From an uncultured virus (IMG/VR IMGVR_UViG_3300020595_000014) (Duplodnaviria > Heunggongvirae > Uroviricota > Caudoviricetes), in IMG/VR virus record IMGVR_UViG_3300020595_000014: a stretch of DNA of 64,000 nt. The stretch is one strand, 5' to 3'. Numbering within the stretch: the first letter of the stretch is position 1; each line of letters opens with the position of its first letter. Positions 60,415 through 64,000 of this stretch are shown here, piece by piece. The position numbers and the translations under genes are program-made. The notes beneath the pieces are model-generated. The model had not been told where the DNA came from and did not search any database. It saw only the letters and a list, made by a program, of their open reading frames with translations.

Positions 60415-60502
60415 TGGCCTGTGCGCCGAGCGGTCGAAGGCGCCGGACTCATAATCCGGGACGTAAGATACATCGTGGGTTCAAATCCCACCGGGCCGAC
60501 CA
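60415..60502 (+). tRNA. tRNA with CAT anticodon (Met or Ile2) and long variable arm
   Basis: TGGCCTG/CGGGCCG, CCGGA-CTCATAA-TCCGG, 15-nt variable region, GTGGGTTCAAATCCCAC, ACCA. Confidence 0.88.
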
Positions 60503-60537
60503 TTCTTCACAAATAGGAACACAGATATAATAATAGT

Positions 60538-60717
60538 ATGGCCGACAGTATACAACTACAATCTTTAGAAGAGAGCTTAGCTCGAATGTTTGAGAAAGAA
60601 CTCGACAAGCTACATACTATTATAGCTGAGCTTGAGAGCAACATCTCTACTACTATGTCGGAGGTAGAGAAACTTAAAGCAGCAGCTAATCGAGGTAATA
60701 CGCCTTACGATTGGTAA
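60538..60717 (+). CDS. cassette mini-gene, 59 aa coiled coil
   Basis: after the repeat at 60516. Confidence 0.6.
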   Translation: MADSIQLQSLEESLARMFEKELDKLHTIIAELESNISTTMSEVEKLKAAANRGNTPYDW

Positions 60718-60802
60718 CCCTTTTCGATCGAGTGCGTCAAAGAACAACATGTCCTTATCACTACTAAATTAAGACGCCAGGCATAGCCTACGATCATCAC
60801 AT

Positions 60803-60876
60803 TGATCCCCGAGTATAATGTAAACTGGATCGTTAAACAAACTGCTCTAGGACCTTAGCATGTCTTTAAACTGCTA
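60803..60876 (+). ncRNA. two tandem pseudoknot motif copies (B, C)
   Basis: TGATCC-CC-GAGTA..GGATCG..AAAC-TGCTC; AGGAC-CT-TAGCA-T-GTCTT-TAAAC-TGCTA. Confidence 0.55.
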
Positions 60877-60906
60877 CCACTTTCTAAGAACCCCGTCATA
60901 ATAATA

Positions 60907-61032
60907 ATGAGACACGACCAAGATCCAATTGAAGAGATGATGCAATGGCTGCTGATGGGAGTCTGTATAGCGGCAGGGGGGCTAGCGCTAGCAGTATTTG
61001 TATGTATCGTACTACGTGCCATCATTAGTTAA
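60907..61032 (+). CDS. small membrane protein, 41 aa
   Basis: after a degenerate repeat; one TM segment. Confidence 0.5.
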   Translation: MRHDQDPIEEMMQWLLMGVCIAAGGLALAVFVCIVLRAIIS

Positions 61033-61039
61033 TAAAGAT

Positions 61040-61267
61040 ATGAGAAGTAAAAAGAAGACCAATTGGGAGTTCGTTATAACGTTGATGTGTATTGCCGCCC
61101 TAGGCTCTATGATGTGCTACGTAGGTAAGTACATTGATATGCAGGCTCAACGAATCGACTATCTAGAGATCGAGAACCTTAAGCACAGCGAGGCACTACA
61201 CATCCTACTACCTTCAGCCAGAGAGGAGGTTAAGGCTGGCGTTAGCTGGCACGATATGGAACCCTGA
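61040..61267 (+). CDS. membrane-anchored small protein
   Basis: TM segment; ends in the repeat at 61258. Confidence 0.55.
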   Translation: MRSKKKTNWEFVITLMCIAALGSMMCYVGKYIDMQAQRIDYLEIENLKHSEALHILLPSAREEVKAGVSWHDMEP

Positions 61268-61282
61268 TATAATATAGGTACG

Positions 61283-61480
61283 ATGAAGTTAAAAGGACCA
61301 CTAAAGCTGGATAAGATATATGATGTTGATGGTACGGATATGTATGGAGTACTGCTAGAGGATCATGGACTAGAGGAGGTAGTAGATGAGATGAATGTTC
61401 TGATGGATTACATTAGAGAGCTTAGTGGTAGGGTAGAGGAGCTTGAGTTTGCTTATGAGCGTGGAAGAGAGGAACTCTAA
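61283..61480 (+). CDS. cassette mini-gene (acidic)
   Basis: ends EEL* inside a repeat. Confidence 0.65.
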   Translation: MKLKGPLKLDKIYDVDGTDMYGVLLEDHGLEEVVDEMNVLMDYIRELSGRVEELEFAYERGREEL

Positions 61481-61492
61481 TATAATAATAGT

Positions 61493-61576
61493 ATGACAAT
61501 TATTGAATGGAGAGAGATGGTAGATGCAGGTCTTATTCAATTGGATGAGGATGGTAATGAAATAAAGGAACTCTGA
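61493..61576 (+). CDS. cassette mini-gene, 27 aa
   Basis: MTIIEWREMVDAGLIQLDEDGNEIKEL; lies between two repeats. Confidence 0.55.
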   Translation: MTIIEWREMVDAGLIQLDEDGNEIKEL

Positions 61577-61587
61577 TATAATTAGTT

Positions 61588-61842
61588 ATGATGAAAGTAA
61601 AAAATGTTATTGGATATAATGAAGTTGGGTTGGATTATAAATTATGTGAAGAGATTTATGAGAATGGAAGTGGGAAAGATATTGAAGGAAGGTTTTTAGA
61701 TGTTGAGTTTTTGAAGATTATTCTAGAAAGTACTATTGAGTGGGTTGAAGAGAATAGTGAATATTGTTGGTGGAAAGACAAATGTGTAATAATGCTTAAT
61801 AGTCTTGAGAAGTTTGATGATGAGGTGTTAGTAGAGTTTTAG
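61588..61842 (+). CDS. acidic cassette mini-gene (C-depleted)
   Basis: between repeats; similar to 61864. Confidence 0.7.
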   Translation: MMKVKNVIGYNEVGLDYKLCEEIYENGSGKDIEGRFLDVEFLKIILESTIEWVEENSEYCWWKDKCVIMLNSLEKFDDEVLVEF

Positions 61843-61863
61843 GAACTCCAATATAATAATAGT

Positions 61864-62133
61864 ATGATGAAAGTAAAAGGTTATAAGGTAGTTGAGTTTG
61901 GCGATACAAATGTTGATTTTGATGTTTGTAGTTCTTTATATGATATGTGGTCAGGATTAGACTTAATAGGTCGAGTTGTTAAGGTAAGTTTTTGGAAGGA
62001 ACAGATTACAGACTTTATAAAAGATATGAAGGATGATGGAGATTATGATAGTAAGGATGATTGGACTATTAAAGTAGAGAAGGTATTAGAAGAAGTTAAT
62101 AAGTTGGAAGAGGGTTTGTATATTCAATTTTAG
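61864..62133 (+). CDS. acidic cassette mini-gene (C-depleted)
   Basis: between repeats; similar to 61588. Confidence 0.7.
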   Translation: MMKVKGYKVVEFGDTNVDFDVCSSLYDMWSGLDLIGRVVKVSFWKEQITDFIKDMKDDGDYDSKDDWTIKVEKVLEEVNKLEEGLYIQF

Positions 62134-62154
62134 GAACTCTAATATAATATAAGT

Positions 62155-62319
62155 ATGATGAATTATAAAAGTGTTTGTGAAAAATATGGAGATGAAGTTG
62201 GTTTAAAAGTACTAGACTTTATTGAAGAAGGTTGGGGCGAGAATGGAGCTGATGAGTTCAAATTTGATGATGGAAGTGTCTTTAAAGAGGTAGTTGAGGA
62301 ATTTATTAAGGAACTCTAA
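62155..62319 (+). CDS. acidic cassette mini-gene, 54 aa (C-depleted)
   Basis: MMNYKSVCEKYGDEVG...IKEL*. Confidence 0.65.
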   Translation: MMNYKSVCEKYGDEVGLKVLDFIEEGWGENGADEFKFDDGSVFKEVVEEFIKEL

Positions 62320-62331
62320 TATAATAATAGT

Positions 62332-62475
62332 ATGATGAAAGATATATTAGAAGTTGGTAAGAAGTATAGAGGTGAGTTGTTGAGAGTTGATTATGGATAT
62401 GAGATTGATGATTGTGAAGATGATTGTTGGTTTTATATTCTAAAGGGTGGTGAGATTATTAAGGAGGAACTCTAA
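62332..62475 (+). CDS. acidic cassette mini-gene, 47 aa (C-depleted)
   Basis: MMKDILEVGKKYRG...KEEL*. Confidence 0.65.
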   Translation: MMKDILEVGKKYRGELLRVDYGYEIDDCEDDCWFYILKGGEIIKEEL

Positions 62476-62487
62476 TATAATAATAGT

Positions 62488-62697
62488 ATGATGAATGATT
62501 GTTTAGGAAAAGAGCAGGACGAGTTGGTAGCAGCAATTGCCAAGAAGCATATGCATATTAAAACACTTAAGGAACAAAAGTCAGATAGTCTTGATTTTCA
62601 TGATGTGAGTGTTTGGCGGCTTGAAGGCGCTCTTAAAGAGGCACTTCGAACTGGTATTGATATTGGTATTAAGATGACAGTAAATCATTTGAAGTAG
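62488..62697 (+). CDS. DUF6900-like protein
   Basis: IAKKH..TL..KSDSLDFHDVSVW motif. Confidence 0.65.
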   Translation: MMNDCLGKEQDELVAAIAKKHMHIKTLKEQKSDSLDFHDVSVWRLEGALKEALRTGIDIGIKMTVNHLK

Positions 62698-62718
62698 GAA
62701 CTCTAATATAATAATAGT

Positions 62719-63009
62719 ATGATGAATATAACATATAACAAACTAAGCAAGATTCGCGCAACAAGATACTTCAATGATATGGAGAGAGATGATAAGGAAA
62801 CTGCTTTATTATATCTCGGAGAGGAACTTGTCCAGAAGATTAAGAGAATCGATTCATGGATGAGTGATGAGAAGGGATTTGAAGGAACTAAGTTTGATGT
62901 AGATAATAATAACCACTCTAGATTATTCGCTAAGTTAGATATGTTAAATGACGAGTTAATGGATATTATTGAGAAGGCTGGATTAGATCTAGTGGCAGAG
63001 ATTCACTAA
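62719..63009 (+). CDS. cassette mini-gene
   Basis: between repeats; resembles 58111 (DxWxxxxxG.F). Confidence 0.65.
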   Translation: MMNITYNKLSKIRATRYFNDMERDDKETALLYLGEELVQKIKRIDSWMSDEKGFEGTKFDVDNNNHSRLFAKLDMLNDELMDIIEKAGLDLVAEIH

Positions 63010-63035
63010 CAGGAACACCAATATAATTAGTCACG

Positions 63036-63371
63036 ATGAATATACAAGACCTAATCCAAGCACTAGAAGAAATCGCTGAGCAGTCACCTAACGCTGAAGT
63101 TCGATTTGCGAGTCAACCTAGCTATCCATTTGAGTACTCCATTGCAGAAGTAGTCCCATGGGATAAGCATACAATGATCGACAATGAGATTGAAGAGATC
63201 CGACAATCGATTGACGAAAATAATCAAGAGCCTATGTCACATAAAGATATGAAGGCATTGGCTGAGCAGAATTTAGAAGACGAAGGAGTGCTCGAGGATG
63301 TGGTATATCTCGAAGAAGGTACACAGCTAGGCTATCTCCCAGAAGGTCCAAGGCATGCCTTAGGCTGGTAA
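63036..63371 (+). CDS. acidic phage protein
   Basis: AEVRFASQPSYPFEYSI and VYLEEGTQLGYLP motifs. Confidence 0.7.
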   Translation: MNIQDLIQALEEIAEQSPNAEVRFASQPSYPFEYSIAEVVPWDKHTMIDNEIEEIRQSIDENNQEPMSHKDMKALAEQNLEDEGVLEDVVYLEEGTQLGYLPEGPRHALGW

Positions 63372-63385
63372 AGATTTCATCATAA

Positions 63386-63411
63386 CACCTAGGTAAGTGC
63401 CTAAACTGCCT
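63386..63411 (+). ncRNA. compact pseudoknot motif, copy D
   Basis: CAC-CT-AGGTA-A-GTG-CCTAAAC-TGCCT. Confidence 0.55.
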
Positions 63412-63442
63412 ACTATATTAGGAACTCCGATATAATAATAGT

Positions 63443-63760
63443 ATGATGAATAAGAACTATAAAATAATCCACACGATGAAGGTCCTAATCAAGACACAAT
63501 ACAAGGAGTGGTATGGTTGTGAAGACCATATAGGCGATGAAGCCTATGGTCGTTACAAGAACAAAGGAGGCATGGACTATGTCTTAGAGGTCGACGAGCA
63601 TGTGTTTATGTATGATGAAGAGTCTGTTCGCAAGGCCTTCCATGATGTGTATGATGTACCTGGATCGTTCACTAGATGTACTATTGTCGATATCGAGCCC
63701 TGCTATAGAGAGCCAAGAGAGATTAAGCTAGACATTAAGAGTGATGCTCTAGTGCACTAG
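63443..63760 (+). CDS. cassette gene, hypothetical
   Basis: between repeats. Confidence 0.65.
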   Translation: MMNKNYKIIHTMKVLIKTQYKEWYGCEDHIGDEAYGRYKNKGGMDYVLEVDEHVFMYDEESVRKAFHDVYDVPGSFTRCTIVDIEPCYREPREIKLDIKSDALVH

Positions 63761-63780
63761 GAACACTGATATAATAAGTT

Positions 63781-63996
63781 ATGGACAAAAGGATAAACTA
63801 CCCATATGCATATGGGCGCTTGAGCTCTTCATTGAGTGGCTTCGCCCTAATGAAGAAGATGAAGGAGAAGGGCCTCGACCTAAAGAATTGGGACCTAGAA
63901 TGCGCAATCCAGGAGTTGTTGGACCAGGCCCTAGATGACCTGAAGAAAGAAACTCATGATGCAGCTGCAGTAGAGCACGAGAAGTACGGATCATGA
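63781..63996 (+). CDS. cassette mini-gene
   Basis: after the repeat at 63760. Confidence 0.65.
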   Translation: MDKRINYPYAYGRLSSSLSGFALMKKMKEKGLDLKNWDLECAIQELLDQALDDLKKETHDAAAVEHEKYGS

Positions 63997-64000
63997 AGAC

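Larger units (their letters stand above)
57503..63783 (+). promoter_or_regulatory. dense array of GGAAC-N5-TATAAT promoter repeats
   Basis: GGAAC starts at 57503, 57702, 57889, 58765, 58966, 59250, 59446, 59758, 60095, 60516, 61258, 61471, 61567, 61842, 62133, 62310, 62466, 62697, 63012, 63421, 63760; degenerate copies at 58396 and 60887. Confidence 0.9.

Noticed and set aside
57503..63783. Regular repeats resembling a CRISPR array
   Set aside because: Spacers are 100-500 bp ORFs, the repeat is non-palindromic and contains TATAAT, and no cas genes are present
1..64000. Reverse transcriptase, integrase, transposase, homing endonuclease or intron
   Set aside because: No ORF shows recognisable YxDD-RT, recombinase, HNH, GIY-YIG or LAGLIDADG motifs, and the conserved genes look uninterrupted
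1..64000. Stop-codon reassignment
   Set aside because: Conserved genes are full length in code 11, TAA/TAG/TGA all act as stops, and no suppressor tRNA is seen

Overview
This is a 64 kb segment of a large T4-like (myovirus) phage genome, AT-rich and read with the standard code. 1-34.8 kb holds late structural genes: baseplate hub/wedge gp26/gp51/gp53/gp27/gp25/gp6-like genes, a tape-measure-like gene, a small terminase-like gene and tail fibres with tail-collar and S74 chaperone domains. dUTPase, a clamp-loader ATPase, a glycosyltransferase, LRR proteins and a tandem FGE/C-type-lectin protein are interspersed. 34.8-44 kb holds a RadA/Sms-like ATPase, a DUF932-like gene, many small ORFs and three tRNAs. 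44-54.8 kb holds a lysozyme-family gene, groEL, a sulfotransferase and BspA-type LRR/fibre accessory genes. 55-64 kb is an array of mini-genes, almost all with their own copy of a GGAAC-N5-TATAAT promoter repeat placed for leaderless translation. The notable observations are: (1) this repeat-punctuated cassette array; (2) a 108-bp, 66% GC, NNC-codon patch that looks like a DGR variable region, with no template repeat or reverse transcriptase in the window; (3) a ~1 kb block of acidic mini-genes whose coding strand almost lacks cytosine; (4) four covarying copies of a compact pseudoknot; (5) a CAT-anticodon tRNA with a long variable arm; (6) a G-U-rich minus-strand rod-like ncRNA candidate. All family assignments come from motif recognition by eye, not database searches. 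A Verrucomicrobia/PVC-like host is an inference.
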